A stretch of 64,000 bases of DNA, taken from an uncultured Dehalococcoidales bacterium. Lineage in GTDB: Bacteria > Chloroflexota > Dehalococcoidia > GIF9 > AB-539-J10. A program made the translations under genes and the position numbers. Of this stretch, positions 52,061 to 61,714 are shown one piece after another; position 1 is the stretch's first letter; every line of letters begins with the position of its first letter. The notes under the pieces were generated by a model. It saw nothing but the letters and a program-made list of their open reading frames with translations, was not told where the DNA came from and searched no databases. The DNA lies in NCBI GenBank assembly GCA_964586515.1, contig CAZPGJ010000001.1:158390-222389 (forward strand). The letters are read 5' to 3'.

Positions 52061-52089
52061 TTGACAAGCTTATCACCCCCTGATATTGT
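52061..52089 (+). promoter_or_regulatory. Putative promoter for the rrf2-cysK... sulfur cluster (-35 TTGACA 52061-52066, 17-nt spacer, extended -10 TGaTATTGT 52081-52089)
   Basis: Consensus -35 and a TG-extended -10 about 40 nt upstream of the rrf2 start. Confidence 0.4.
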
Positions 52090-52131
52090 ATACTAAGTTG
52101 ATTAATTTGGTCAACAATTGAGGAGGACTGA

Positions 52132-52575
52132 ATGAAGCTTTCTACTAAAGGCAGATATGGAGTGAGGGCACTTTTGGATTTGGCTCTTCATCAAGGTGAG
52201 GGGTTGGTTCTATTAAAGGATATCGCCCGGAGGCAAGAGGTTTCACTGCCGTATCTAGAGCATCTGATCACTCCTCTTATAGCTGCCGGCCTGGTGAAGA
52301 GCACACGGGGGGCTCGGGGTGGTGTCTTGCTACTTAAGCCGCCCTCGGAGATCAAGCTTAGTGAAGTAGTTCAACTTCTTGAGGGCTCCATTGCCCCGGT
52401 GGACTGTGTGAATGATCCTAAGGTATGCCACCGTTCTGCTTCTTGTGTTACCCGGGATATCTGGAGTGAGATGAAGAGGGCAATGAGCCAGGTTTTAGAT
52501 TCTAAGACCTTACAGGACCTGGTTGAGCGGCAAAGACAGAAGGGACAAACTGAAACAGGGATGTATTACATTTGA
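52132..52575 (+). CDS. Rrf2-family transcriptional regulator (IscR/CymR-like) with three clustered Cys (Fe-S ligands)
   Basis: wHTH N-terminus (MKLSTKGRYGVRALLDLA) and CVNDPKVCHRSASC. Confidence 0.8.
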   Translation: MKLSTKGRYGVRALLDLALHQGEGLVLLKDIARRQEVSLPYLEHLITPLIAAGLVKSTRGARGGVLLLKPPSEIKLSEVVQLLEGSIAPVDCVNDPKVCHRSASCVTRDIWSEMKRAMSQVLDSKTLQDLVERQRQKGQTETGMYYI

Positions 52576-52657
52576 GAGGCCTTTACCCGGGAAATATGTT
52601 TAAGAACGGGACAGGCATTTTGCTGATTATTGCGCTTATGATCAGGAGGAAAGCAGA

Positions 52658-53671
52658 ATGACAAAGATAAGTCAAAATGTGGAGAGGCTTCAATACAAGA
52701 CAGTTGAGATACCGAAACTAACTAGAGGAATAGCTAAGGACTCTAGCGAGTTAATCGGGAATACACCTTTGGTCAGGCTGAACCGGATAACCAAAGGGGT
52801 AAAGGCAGAGGTAGTAGCTAAGCTTGAATCCTTTAATCCCCTGGGAAGTGTAAAGGACAGAATCGGGGTATCAATGATTGTTGATGCTGAAGAGAAAGGG
52901 CTCATCAACGAAGATACGGTGATCGTCGAGCCCACCAGCGGCAACACTGGAATCGCCCTGGCTTTCGTCTGCGCCGCCAGAGGATACCGGCTCATCCTCA
53001 CCATGCCTGATACTATGTCCTTAGAGCGGAGGCAGCTTCTGTCTATTTTTGGGGCTGAGCTGGTCTTGACCCTTGGAGTGGAGGGGATGCCAGGGGCGGT
53101 GAGGAAGGCGGAACAATTGGTGGCAGAGAATACCAATTACTTTATGCCCCAACAGTTTAATAATCCGGCAAATCCGGAGATACATCGACTGACTACCGCA
53201 GAAGAAATCTGGAGGGATACCAACGGTGAAGTAGATATTCTGGTCTCTGGTGTGGGAACGGGAGGGACAATCACAGGATTAGCTGAGGTTATAAAGAAAA
53301 GGAAGCCTGAATTTGAGGCTATTGCTGTTGAGCCGACTGATTCCCCAGTTCTCTCCGGGGGCAAGCCTGGTTCTCATAAGATTCAGGGTATTGGCGCGGG
53401 ATTTATACCCAAAATTCTCAAGCTAGACTTGGTTGACGAGATTATCAGAGTTACCAATGAAGATGCCGGAATAATGGCCAGGAGATTAGCTAAGGAAGAA
53501 GGGATATTGGCTGGCATATCTTCAGGTGCAGCAACCTGGGCAGCATTGGAGGTGGCCAAAAGAACAGGAAATAAAGGCAAACTTATCGTGGTGGTTCTAC
53601 CTGACACGGGAGAGCGCTACCTGTCTACCTGGCTTTTCCAGGAACTTTACCAGGCCTCATCAGGTCCCTAA
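52658..53671 (+). CDS. cysK: Cysteine synthase (O-acetylserine sulfhydrylase) family PLP enzyme
   Basis: PLP-lysine context SVKDR, a glycine loop (GTGGT) and a ~30-aa N-terminal extension. Confidence 0.8.
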   Translation: MTKISQNVERLQYKTVEIPKLTRGIAKDSSELIGNTPLVRLNRITKGVKAEVVAKLESFNPLGSVKDRIGVSMIVDAEEKGLINEDTVIVEPTSGNTGIALAFVCAARGYRLILTMPDTMSLERRQLLSIFGAELVLTLGVEGMPGAVRKAEQLVAENTNYFMPQQFNNPANPEIHRLTTAEEIWRDTNGEVDILVSGVGTGGTITGLAEVIKKRKPEFEAIAVEPTDSPVLSGGKPGSHKIQGIGAGFIPKILKLDLVDEIIRVTNEDAGIMARRLAKEEGILAGISSGAATWAALEVAKRTGNKGKLIVVVLPDTGERYLSTWLFQELYQASSGP

Positions 53672-53744
53672 AAAGCGGAATGTATTACACACTGAGCTGG
53701 AGGAATTTCCCTCCAGCCCAGCCAAAAAACGAAAGGAGGAGTAA

Positions 53745-54548
53745 ATGGAGTTTTCAGAAATATCCGAAAAACAGGTTACGAAGGCGATCATATCAGAGTT
53801 CAGCAGGGAATTTGAGGATTACATCGAAACCGATGTAATCGTAGTAGGTGCTGGACCTAGCGGGCTTATTGCCTCAAAGGAACTCGCAGAGAAGGGCGTA
53901 AAAACGCTCCTTATCGAGAGCAACAACTATCTCGGTGGAGGCTTTTGGATCGGCGGCTATCTAATGAACAAGATAACACTGAGGGCTCCGGCTCAGGGGA
54001 TTCTGAATGAAATTGGAGTCCCATATAAAGAGGCGGAAGAGGGATTGTATGTGGCAAATGGACCACACGCATGCTCTAAATTAATTGCCGCAGCTTGTGA
54101 CGCCGGCGTTAAGGTATTAAGCATGACCAAGTTCGATGATGTGATGATAAGGGAGAAGCGCGTCTGTGGGGTAGTCATCAACTGGACACCTGTATCGGCA
54201 CTTCCAAGGGCGATCACCTGCGTCGACCCAATTGGTATGGAATCAAAACTCGTCATCGATGCCACGGGACATGATGCTGTGGTTGTTCATTCACTCGCGA
54301 AGCGAGGTCTGGTGAATATCAAAGGATTCAGTGGCATGTGGGTTGCAAAATCAGAGGACGTGGTCGTTGAGTATACAAAAGAGGTATACCCGGGCCTGAT
54401 TGTAGCAGGAATGGCAGTTGCCACCACATTTGGTCTTCCTAGGATGGGTCCAACTTTTGGCGCCATGCTCTTCTCAGGAAGGAGGGCTGCAAAAGCTGCC
54501 TTGGAGCTTTTATCAAAGGGACAGTCTTTAGTCGGCATTACCTCTTGA
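53745..54548 (+). CDS. Thi4-like protein (second paralog of thiazole synthase / ribose-1,5-bisphosphate-isomerase family)
   Basis: GAGPSGL dinucleotide motif and [10 protein letters not shown]...PGLIVAGM, parallel to the thi4 at 46978. Confidence 0.65.
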   Translation: MEFSEISEKQVTKAIISEFSREFEDYIETDVIVVGAGPSGLIASKELAEKGVKTLLIESNNYLGGGFWIGGYLMNKITLRAPAQGILNEIGVPYKEAEEGLYVANGPHACSKLIAAACDAGVKVLSMTKFDDVMIREKRVCGVVINWTPVSALPRAITCVDPIGMESKLVIDATGHDAVVVHSLAKRGLVNIKGFSGMWVAKSEDVVVEYTKEVYPGLIVAGMAVATTFGLPRMGPTFGAMLFSGRRAAKAALELLSKGQSLVGITS

Positions 54549-54599
54549 GAAGTATATCCCTACAAGAGCTGGTTAACAGGTAACAGGGAAAAACGCTTA

Positions 54600-55313
54600 A
54601 TGTTTAAGACGTTAAGAGAAGATATTCAAACGGTTTTTGCCAAAGACCCCGCGGCAAGGAGCACGTTGGAGGTCATTTTCTGCTATCCTGGCCTCCACGC
54701 CCTCTGGTTTCACCGTCTCGCCCATTTACTCTGGCGACATAAGCTCCGATTCCTAGCTCGTCTCCTGTCCCACCTCAATCGCTTCCTAACCGGCATCGAA
54801 ATTCACCCTGGAGCCAGGATCGGCAGGAGGTTCTTTATCGACCATGGGGCAGGGGTGGTCATTGGAGAGACGGCTGAGATTGGGGATGATGTCTTGCTGT
54901 ATCAGGGAGCTGTCCTGGGGGGAACAACTTTGAAGAAAGGGAAACGCCACCCTACCATTGGCAACAATGTGGTGATGGGAACCGGTGCGATAGCCCTAGG
55001 TGCTATCACGATAGGAGACAGGGCTCGGATTGGTGCTGGCTCAGTGGTAATAAAGTCAGTGCCGCCTGGGGCTACGGTGGTGGGAATTCCAGGAAGAATA
55101 GCAGAGGACCACCGAAAACCGTCCATGGATTTGGAACATGGTAACTTACCTGACCCGGTGGCGGAAGCTGTCAGGTTCGTCTTAAGAGAGCAGGACAAAC
55201 TAGAGGAACGTTTGAGAACTTTGGAGAGTGCCAGTGGAATAGCATCTCCCAAAGACGAATTACCGGAGAAGATAATGATAGAAGCGGTATTCAGCCAAGG
55301 AGGGGGAATATGA
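54600..55313 (+). CDS. cysE: Serine O-acetyltransferase (left-handed beta-helix hexapeptide acyltransferase)
   Basis: SAT N-terminal helical domain plus hexapeptide repeats ([15 protein letters not shown]...[31 protein letters not shown]). Confidence 0.8.
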   Translation: MFKTLREDIQTVFAKDPAARSTLEVIFCYPGLHALWFHRLAHLLWRHKLRFLARLLSHLNRFLTGIEIHPGARIGRRFFIDHGAGVVIGETAEIGDDVLLYQGAVLGGTTLKKGKRHPTIGNNVVMGTGAIALGAITIGDRARIGAGSVVIKSVPPGATVVGIPGRIAEDHRKPSMDLEHGNLPDPVAEAVRFVLREQDKLEERLRTLESASGIASPKDELPEKIMIEAVFSQGGGI

Positions 55314-56452
55314 GATTTGAAACGATAGCCATTCATGCCGGGGATAGGCCAGATGCAACAACCGGCGCTATTTCGGTACCCATCTACCAGACATCGACAT
55401 TCGTGTTTGAGGATGTGGGCAAGACAAGGGGGTGGGATTACTCCCGCACGGCAAATCCAACGAGGAAGGTTCTGGAAGATACTATCGCTCAGCTTGAGGG
55501 AGGGAAAGCTGGGTTTGCCTTCGCCACTGGGATGGCGGCTGAAACGACAGTTATGCACCTTTTGAAAACAGGCGACCACGTGATCTCGGGAGACGATGTC
55601 TACGGAGGAACCTATAGATTATTTCAGGATGTGATGCGTGCCCTTGGTCTGGAGTTCACTTTCCTGAAAATGGACAATGGAGAAAGGATCGAGGGGGCAA
55701 TAAAGCCCAATACCAGGATGTTGTGGTTAGAGACTCCCTCTAATCCACTACTCAACATCGTTGACATTGAGATGGTGGTTGATATTGCTAAGAAACACAA
55801 GTTGCTGACAGTAGCAGATAATACCTTTGCCACCCCATATTTCTTAAGACCGATTGAATACGGAGTTGACCTTGTTGTCCACTCTACCACCAAGTATCTC
55901 AACGGGCACTCTGATGTTGTAGGGGGCGCTGTGGTGACCACCACTGATGAACTAAGCCAGAAGGTGCAATTTCTACTCAACGCCATGGGAACCTGTGCCG
56001 CCCCCTTCGACTGCTGGCTGGTGCTCCGGGGGATGGAGACTCTCCCTGTGAGGATGAAGCAACATGAGGAGAATGCCATTGCCGTGGCAAATTATCTCAA
56101 GGAGCATCCCAAGGTAAAGGGGGTGCTCTATCCTGGGCTCGAGTCCCATAAGGGACACGAAATCGCCAAGAGACAGATGAAAGGATTCGGTGGGGTAGTG
56201 TCCTTTGAACTGGGAGGTGGTATTGAGGGTGTAAATACCTTTCTAAGAAAGCTCAAGGTCTTTCCTCTGGCGGAATCGCTGGGTGGTGTTGCTTCTCTTG
56301 CCGAGCATCCGGCTACCATGAGTCATGCCTCGATGCCAAAGGATTATAGAGAGAAGGTGGGGATTAGCGATGAATTGATCAGGTTATCGGTTGGTTTGGA
56401 GAATATTGACGATTTGACTGAGGATTTAGAGCAGGCGCTCGAGCGCCTGTGA
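55310..56452 (+). CDS. Cys/Met-metabolism PLP-dependent enzyme (cystathionine gamma-synthase / gamma-lyase / O-acetylhomoserine sulfhydrylase family)
   Basis: Family pattern with PLP-lysine context [11 protein letters not shown]. Confidence 0.75.
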   Translation: MRFETIAIHAGDRPDATTGAISVPIYQTSTFVFEDVGKTRGWDYSRTANPTRKVLEDTIAQLEGGKAGFAFATGMAAETTVMHLLKTGDHVISGDDVYGGTYRLFQDVMRALGLEFTFLKMDNGERIEGAIKPNTRMLWLETPSNPLLNIVDIEMVVDIAKKHKLLTVADNTFATPYFLRPIEYGVDLVVHSTTKYLNGHSDVVGGAVVTTTDELSQKVQFLLNAMGTCAAPFDCWLVLRGMETLPVRMKQHEENAIAVANYLKEHPKVKGVLYPGLESHKGHEIAKRQMKGFGGVVSFELGGGIEGVNTFLRKLKVFPLAESLGGVASLAEHPATMSHASMPKDYREKVGISDELIRLSVGLENIDDLTEDLEQALERL

Positions 56453-56552
56453 GGGAGGATCTGATGAAACTGTACCAGATAGTTGTGAAAGACGTCACAC
56501 GAAGGAAAGGCATTGATCTCGTAGCTATGTATCAAGATACCCTTGAGCCTGG

Positions 56553-57791
56553 GTGGCCTTAAAGGAGGAAGATTTGTCCTATGCTATAGCCTTGCGCTGC
56601 CGGAAGTGTGGGCGAGAGTATCCGTTGGAGCCTCTCAATCTATGTGACTTTTGCTTCAGTCCGTTAGAGGTAAACTACGACTATAAGTCTATAGCTAAAG
56701 CGGTAAGTCGGGAAAAGATTCTCGAGGGGCTGCCAAGCATGTGGCGCTACAGAGACTTGCTGCCTGTAGATGGCGATGTAGTGGATATTGGCACGGGATT
56801 CACTCCTCTTGTTAAGGCTGATAACCTGGGGCAGGAACTGGGGTTGGAGAAGCTTTATATCAAAAATGACTGCCTTAACCCAACGTACTCCTTCAAGGAT
56901 CGGGTGGTCTCGGTAGCTATCACCAAGGCACGAGAATTTGGATTTGATACCGTGGCTTGTGCCTCAACAGGCAATCTGGCTGCTAGCGTGGCGGCTCATG
57001 CTGCCAAAGCAAATATAAAGTCCTATGTTTTCGTTCCCTCTGATGTGGAACCAGGTAAGCTGACAGGAATAGCAATCTATAACCCAGTTCTGGTGACAAT
57101 TAAGGGAAACTACGACGATGTCAACCGCCTCTGTAGCCAGATAGCGCAGAGATATAACTGGGGGTTCATCAACATTAATCTCCGACCCTACTATGCTGAG
57201 GGGAGCAAGACCCTGGGTTATGAAGTAGCTGAACAACTGGGGTGGCATGCCCCTGATTGTGTAGTGGCCCCCGCTGCCTCGGGGCTCCTCTTTACCAGGA
57301 TATGGAAAGGCCTGGACGAGCTTTCTATGCTGGGTTTAATTCAACCGATCAATACTCACATGTATCTTACCCAGGCTGCGGGTTGTTCTCCCATTGTCAA
57401 TGCTTTTGAGGCAGGTATTCACCATGTGCACCCAGTGAAACCAAATACCATCGCCAAGTCTATAGCTATTGGGAACCCGGCTGATGGCTATTATGCGTTG
57501 AGGGTTGCCCGGCAGTCAGGGGGCAGTGCCTGTGCTGTCACCGATGAAGAGGTGGTTGAGGGGATGAAGCTGCTGGCCGAGACTGAAGGCATTTTTGCCG
57601 AGACAGCTGGAGGTGTGGTAATAGCGGGGTTGCGGAAGCTAGTGACCTCGGGGATAATTAAGAGGAATGAGCTTACGGTGGTTTTCATTACCGGGGCAGG
57701 ACTGAAAACCCAGGAAGTGATAGCTGAGGGGGTTCATCCCCTCGTAATCCAGCCCACCTTGGAATCCTTCGAGGAAATTTTTGGTAAGTGA
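56553..57791 (+). CDS. thrC: Threonine-synthase-like PLP enzyme with N-terminal zinc-ribbon (CxxC...CxxC)
   Basis: CRKCGREY...CDFC followed by the fold-type-II PLP motif SFKDR. Specificity (Thr synthase versus a sulfhydrylase-type relative) cannot be resolved from sequence alone. Confidence 0.6.
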   Translation: MALKEEDLSYAIALRCRKCGREYPLEPLNLCDFCFSPLEVNYDYKSIAKAVSREKILEGLPSMWRYRDLLPVDGDVVDIGTGFTPLVKADNLGQELGLEKLYIKNDCLNPTYSFKDRVVSVAITKAREFGFDTVACASTGNLAASVAAHAAKANIKSYVFVPSDVEPGKLTGIAIYNPVLVTIKGNYDDVNRLCSQIAQRYNWGFININLRPYYAEGSKTLGYEVAEQLGWHAPDCVVAPAASGLLFTRIWKGLDELSMLGLIQPINTHMYLTQAAGCSPIVNAFEAGIHHVHPVKPNTIAKSIAIGNPADGYYALRVARQSGGSACAVTDEEVVEGMKLLAETEGIFAETAGGVVIAGLRKLVTSGIIKRNELTVVFITGAGLKTQEVIAEGVHPLVIQPTLESFEEIFGK

Positions 57792-57857
57792 GCTTGAGTC
57801 TTTAATGTTCCACTCGTGTTATAATTTTAACTTTAGAAAAAATATCAGGAGGACAAG

Positions 57858-58100
57858 ATGGTCAAGCGAGGAGTAAAGTTCACCTTTCCACCGGAATTGA
57901 TTAAGGAGCCCATCATTTACAATCTCGGTCAACAGTTTAAGGTAGTGACCAATATCCGACGCGCTGATGTAAATGGAGACAAGGGCTGGGTAGTTCTTGA
58001 ATTGGAGGGGGAAGGAGAAGATATCGAGCGTGGAATTGCTTGGGTGACTGGCAAAGGGGTAAGGGTTGATCCCGTTGTCGGAGATATTGTAGAGGGTTAG
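57858..58100 (+). CDS. Stand-alone NIL-domain protein (80 aa)
   Basis: …QFKVVTNIRRADVNGDKGWVVLELEGEGEDIERGIAWV… parallels the N-terminal domain of the NIL-ferredoxin at 45225. Confidence 0.5.
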   Translation: MVKRGVKFTFPPELIKEPIIYNLGQQFKVVTNIRRADVNGDKGWVVLELEGEGEDIERGIAWVTGKGVRVDPVVGDIVEG

Positions 58101-59261
58101 ATGCGAAGGATATATCTTGACCACGCTGCCACCACGCCAACACATCCCGAGGTAGTGAAGGCCATGCTGCCTTATTTTACCGATGCCTTTGGCAATCCTT
58201 CGAGCATCTATTCTTACGGGCAAGAAGCGAAGGGGGCCGTAGAAGAGGCCAGAACTAGGGTGGCGGAACTTATTGGCGCTCGGAGCGAGGAGATTATTTT
58301 TACCAGCGGGGGAACGGAGGCGGATAACTATGCCTTAGAGGGCGTTGCCTATGCTAATGAGCGTAAAGGGAATCACATCATCACCACCTCCATTGAGCAC
58401 CATGCGGTGATGGAGGTGTGCAAGTTTCTGGAGAGAAGGGGATTCAGGATAACCCGCCTGCCGGTGGATAAATATGGCCTGGTTGACCCTGATGATGTCA
58501 AGAGAGCTATTACCGATAAAACCATCCTTATCTCAGTCATGCATGCCAACAACCAGGTAGGCACGATAGAGCCTGTGGAAGAAATAGGTAAAATTGCCAG
58601 AGAGGCAGGGGTCTATTTTCACACCGATGCCGTGCAAACGGTGGGGCATATCCCGGTGAATGTGGATAAACTTAAGGTAGACTTGCTCTCCATTGCAGCG
58701 CATAAGTTCTACGGACCTAAAGGAGTGGGGGCGCTGTATGTCAGGAAAGGCACCAGGTTAGTTTCCCTTATGCATGGGGGAGAGCAGGAAAAGAGGCGCA
58801 GGGCTGGTACCGAAAATGTTCCTGCTATCGTGGGGCTTGGCAAGGCGGTGGAGCTTGCCGGGCAGGAGATGGGCAAAGAAGCAGAACGGCTGGCTTATCT
58901 TCGGGATAAGCTAATTAAAGGTCTCTTGGAGAAGATTGACCACATCCGCTTAAATGGTCATCCCACGAGAAGGCTGCCCAACAATGTCAATGTAAGCGTT
59001 GATTTTGTGGAAGGGGAATCCATGCTTTTAAATCTTGATTTAGAGGGCATCTGTGCTTCTACCGGCTCAGCCTGTAGCTCGGCAATCCTTGAACCGTCCC
59101 ATGTTCTTCTGGCGCTGGGGCTTCCCCCCGAGCAAGCTCATGGCTCGCTCAGGTTTACCTTGGGGCGAGAGAATACCGAGGAAGACGTAGAGCGAGTTTT
59201 GGATGTCCTGCCCAGAGTTGCCGCCAAGCTCAGAGCGATGTCGCCACTGTTGAGAGGATAG
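58101..59261 (+). CDS. iscS: Cysteine desulfurase (NifS/IscS family)
   Basis: PLP-lysine HKFYGPKG, active-site cysteine loop SSGSACSS. Confidence 0.85.
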   Translation: MRRIYLDHAATTPTHPEVVKAMLPYFTDAFGNPSSIYSYGQEAKGAVEEARTRVAELIGARSEEIIFTSGGTEADNYALEGVAYANERKGNHIITTSIEHHAVMEVCKFLERRGFRITRLPVDKYGLVDPDDVKRAITDKTILISVMHANNQVGTIEPVEEIGKIAREAGVYFHTDAVQTVGHIPVNVDKLKVDLLSIAAHKFYGPKGVGALYVRKGTRLVSLMHGGEQEKRRRAGTENVPAIVGLGKAVELAGQEMGKEAERLAYLRDKLIKGLLEKIDHIRLNGHPTRRLPNNVNVSVDFVEGESMLLNLDLEGICASTGSACSSAILEPSHVLLALGLPPEQAHGSLRFTLGRENTEEDVERVLDVLPRVAAKLRAMSPLLRG

Positions 59262-59322
59262 GTTAATAAGAAAAGAGAAATTTTTAGTATGAGACTTAGA
59301 CGTCCTTGAAAGGAGGCCTTCG

Positions 59323-59952
59323 ATGACATTAAAGAGGCGCGTCAGACTGGTGATTCTGCCAATTGTGGGGGTCTTAGTGATTTTGGGCATCGCGATGGTA
59401 CTGTTGAACCACTTCAACGGCCCTCCCCAACAGCAAGGACTTGATCCGACCCCGCAGATCTGGAGCGAAATTATCCCTGAAGAAGGGACAGTGACCGGTT
59501 ACGGCACCTCGCTGTCTCTTGAGAACACGCAACAGTTCATTGATTGGTACAATTCCATAGAGCTATCCACCAAGGAGCAAGCAATCCGGGATACGGCTCT
59601 GGGTTCACTGGTGGCTCCATGCTGTGATGAGTACCCGATGAGCACCTGCTGCTGTGAATGCAACCTCGCCCGCAGTGTATGGGGATTATCGGCTTATCTA
59701 ATCGCTGAGAAGGATTATGGAGTGAACCAAGTCCAGGAGGCCGCCTCTCAATGGCTCCATTTCATTCGCCCCGATTACTATGTGGGAAGGGCGCTTGAGC
59801 AGGAAGGAATTGACCCAGGACTGTGGGGATTCACTACAGAAAGCTCGTGCGCTGCAGGTCACTGTGACCGTCCTTTCTATACCGAGACGTCATCTGGTCA
59901 CCTTGGTGGTTGTGGGGGGATGGAGGAGCTCATCCAAGTTGAACTAAACTAG
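59323..59952 (+). CDS. Hypothetical membrane-anchored cysteine-rich protein (209 aa) between iscS and iscU
   Basis: N-terminal TM helix (LVILPIVGVLVILGIAMVLL); Cys cluster APCCDEYPMSTCCCECNLARS plus CAAGHCD and GGCGG. Confidence 0.5.
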   Translation: MTLKRRVRLVILPIVGVLVILGIAMVLLNHFNGPPQQQGLDPTPQIWSEIIPEEGTVTGYGTSLSLENTQQFIDWYNSIELSTKEQAIRDTALGSLVAPCCDEYPMSTCCCECNLARSVWGLSAYLIAEKDYGVNQVQEAASQWLHFIRPDYYVGRALEQEGIDPGLWGFTTESSCAAGHCDRPFYTETSSGHLGGCGGMEELIQVELN

Positions 59953-60045
59953 CGACAGGCCCCTAAGGGATAAGGAAGGCGAGGCATATATAAGTCAGAA
60001 GCACAACATTCCCGGGAGAGCCTTAGTAAGGAACAAGGGGGAAAC

Positions 60046-60447
60046 ATGCCTGATGTTTGGTCACAGTACAGTGAGAAGGTAATGGAGCACTTCAAGAATC
60101 CCCGGAATGTCGGGGAGATGGAGAACCCCGATGGTGTGGGGCATGTCGGGAATCCGGTCTGCGGCGATATTATGGAGCTTTACATTAAGGTCAACGACGG
60201 CATCATCGTTGACGCTAAATTCAAGACCTTCGGCTGTGGAGCGGCTATTGCCACCAGCTCCATGGTCACTGAAATGGTGAATGGAAAGAGCATAAAAGAG
60301 GCTCTGAAAATCTCCAACAAGGCAGTTGCTGAAGCTTTGGACGGGCTGCCGCCGGTCAAAATGCACTGCTCGGTCCTGGCTGAGGAGGCACTTAAAGCGG
60401 CCATTGAGGATTACTTGGAACACCAGAAACTGAAGAAGCAGACCTAG
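60046..60447 (+). CDS. iscU: Fe-S cluster assembly scaffold IscU/NifU
   Basis: The three scaffold cysteines (GNPVCGD, GCGAAIA, HCS) and an LPPVK motif. Confidence 0.85.
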   Translation: MPDVWSQYSEKVMEHFKNPRNVGEMENPDGVGHVGNPVCGDIMELYIKVNDGIIVDAKFKTFGCGAAIATSSMVTEMVNGKSIKEALKISNKAVAEALDGLPPVKMHCSVLAEEALKAAIEDYLEHQKLKKQT

Positions 60448-60563
60448 TACCAGAATTTCACGATAATCCCCAAGTATGTATCTCCCTTCGTTGTCCTGCC
60501 AATTTATGCATTTTGCTGGACATGTCAGCACCAACCTATTTAAGACTTTTGACTGCGGTTTAT

Positions 60564-60600
60564 ATATGAATTATAATTCATATAAATGGAGATTCATATG
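60564..60600 (+). promoter_or_regulatory. Putative ArsR operator: 20-bp perfect palindrome ATATGAATTA|TAATTCATAT (60564-60583) plus a third half-site ATTCATATG overlapping the arsR start
   Basis: Perfect inverted repeat read from the sequence, immediately upstream of and overlapping the arsR start codons (ATG 60586 and 60598). Confidence 0.5.
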
Positions 60601-60912
60601 CCAATAGAGGAAGGCCAGGCAAGGTTTCTGAGGTGCATCGGAGAGCCGACGAGACTCCAGATACTCAAGGTGCTGGCGGAGGGCGAGAGGTGCGTTGGCG
60701 AACTCGCCTATGTTTTGAGTAAGGAGCAATCTCTGATTTCACACCACCTGAGAGCCCTTAAGGAATGCAACATTGTGAAAGAGAGGCAGGAAGCTCAGAA
60801 AGTTTACTACAAGCTTACGGATGCTAGATTAGCCAGGTTAATTATTGATAGCGAAGCTCTAATGAAGGAGCTATCGCTATGCAAATGTCAGGAGGTGAAT
60901 TATGAAAGATAA
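60586..60912 (+). CDS. arsR: ArsR/SmtB-family metalloregulator
   Basis: wHTH with the metal-binding motif ERCVGELA and family helix LISHHLRALKE. Confidence 0.8.
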   Translation: MEIHMPIEEGQARFLRCIGEPTRLQILKVLAEGERCVGELAYVLSKEQSLISHHLRALKECNIVKERQEAQKVYYKLTDARLARLIIDSEALMKELSLCKCQEVNYER

Positions 60913-61660
60913 GGAAATCAAGGAAGTGGTGAAGGGGAGATATGCTCAGATAGCTAGGCAAGACCAAGAGAGCTGCTGCCCAAGTTGTTCTGGCGGGGCC
61001 AGCTCCTTGTTGCAAGCTAAGGGTACCGAGTACTTGAGAGAGGATTTGGAACATGTTCCGGAAGAGGCGATTATGGGGTTGGGATGTGGTAACCCCGCCG
61101 CCATAGCAGACCTCAAAGCGGGTGAGATAGTCCTGGATTTAGGGTCGGGAGCTGGTGTAGATGTGTTCCTGGCAGCTAATAAAGTTGGTCCGACTGGCAA
61201 GGTTATCGGGGTTGATATGACGGAGGAGATGGTAGATAAGGCAGAAGAAATCGCCAGGAATTATGGCTACCATAACGTGGAATTCCACCTAGGGGAAATT
61301 GAGAGCCTCCCAGTCGAGGATGAGTCTGTGGATGCGATTATCAGCAACTGCGTCATCAATCTCTCGCCGGATAAATCTAAGGTCTTCCAGGAAGCTTACC
61401 GAGCCTTGAAGCCCAGGGGCAGGCTCACAGTCTCTGATATTGTCTCCGAAAGAGCGCTCCCCAATGAGATAAAGACTGACTCGAACGCCTGGGCATGTTG
61501 TATCGGCGGGGCATTGGAGCAGCAGGAATACTTGGAAAAGATAAAGAAAGCTGGCTTTGAGGATGTAGAGATAGTATCAAGCCGGGAATTTTATATAGAG
61601 AACAAAGCAAACCAGACGCAAGAGAAGCTTCTGAGCATCACGGTAAAGACATATAAGTGA
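60902..61660 (+). CDS. arsM: Arsenite S-adenosylmethionine methyltransferase (ArsM/AS3MT-like)
   Basis: Conserved Cys (CCPSC, LGCG), SAM motif VLDLGSGAG, and a C-terminal WACCIGG. Confidence 0.7.
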   Translation: MKDKEIKEVVKGRYAQIARQDQESCCPSCSGGASSLLQAKGTEYLREDLEHVPEEAIMGLGCGNPAAIADLKAGEIVLDLGSGAGVDVFLAANKVGPTGKVIGVDMTEEMVDKAEEIARNYGYHNVEFHLGEIESLPVEDESVDAIISNCVINLSPDKSKVFQEAYRALKPRGRLTVSDIVSERALPNEIKTDSNAWACCIGGALEQQEYLEKIKKAGFEDVEIVSSREFYIENKANQTQEKLLSITVKTYK

Positions 61661-61714
61661 GAAACCAGGCGGCAATATAGCCAGCCACGGCTTCAATCTG
61701 TCGGAGGTGGATAG

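Noticed and set aside
52095-52115. TTGATTAATTTGGTCAA upstream of the rrf2 gene as an Rrf2/IscR-type palindromic operator
   Set aside because: On inspection the sequence is not self-complementary beyond the outer TTGA/TCAA. Too weak to call.
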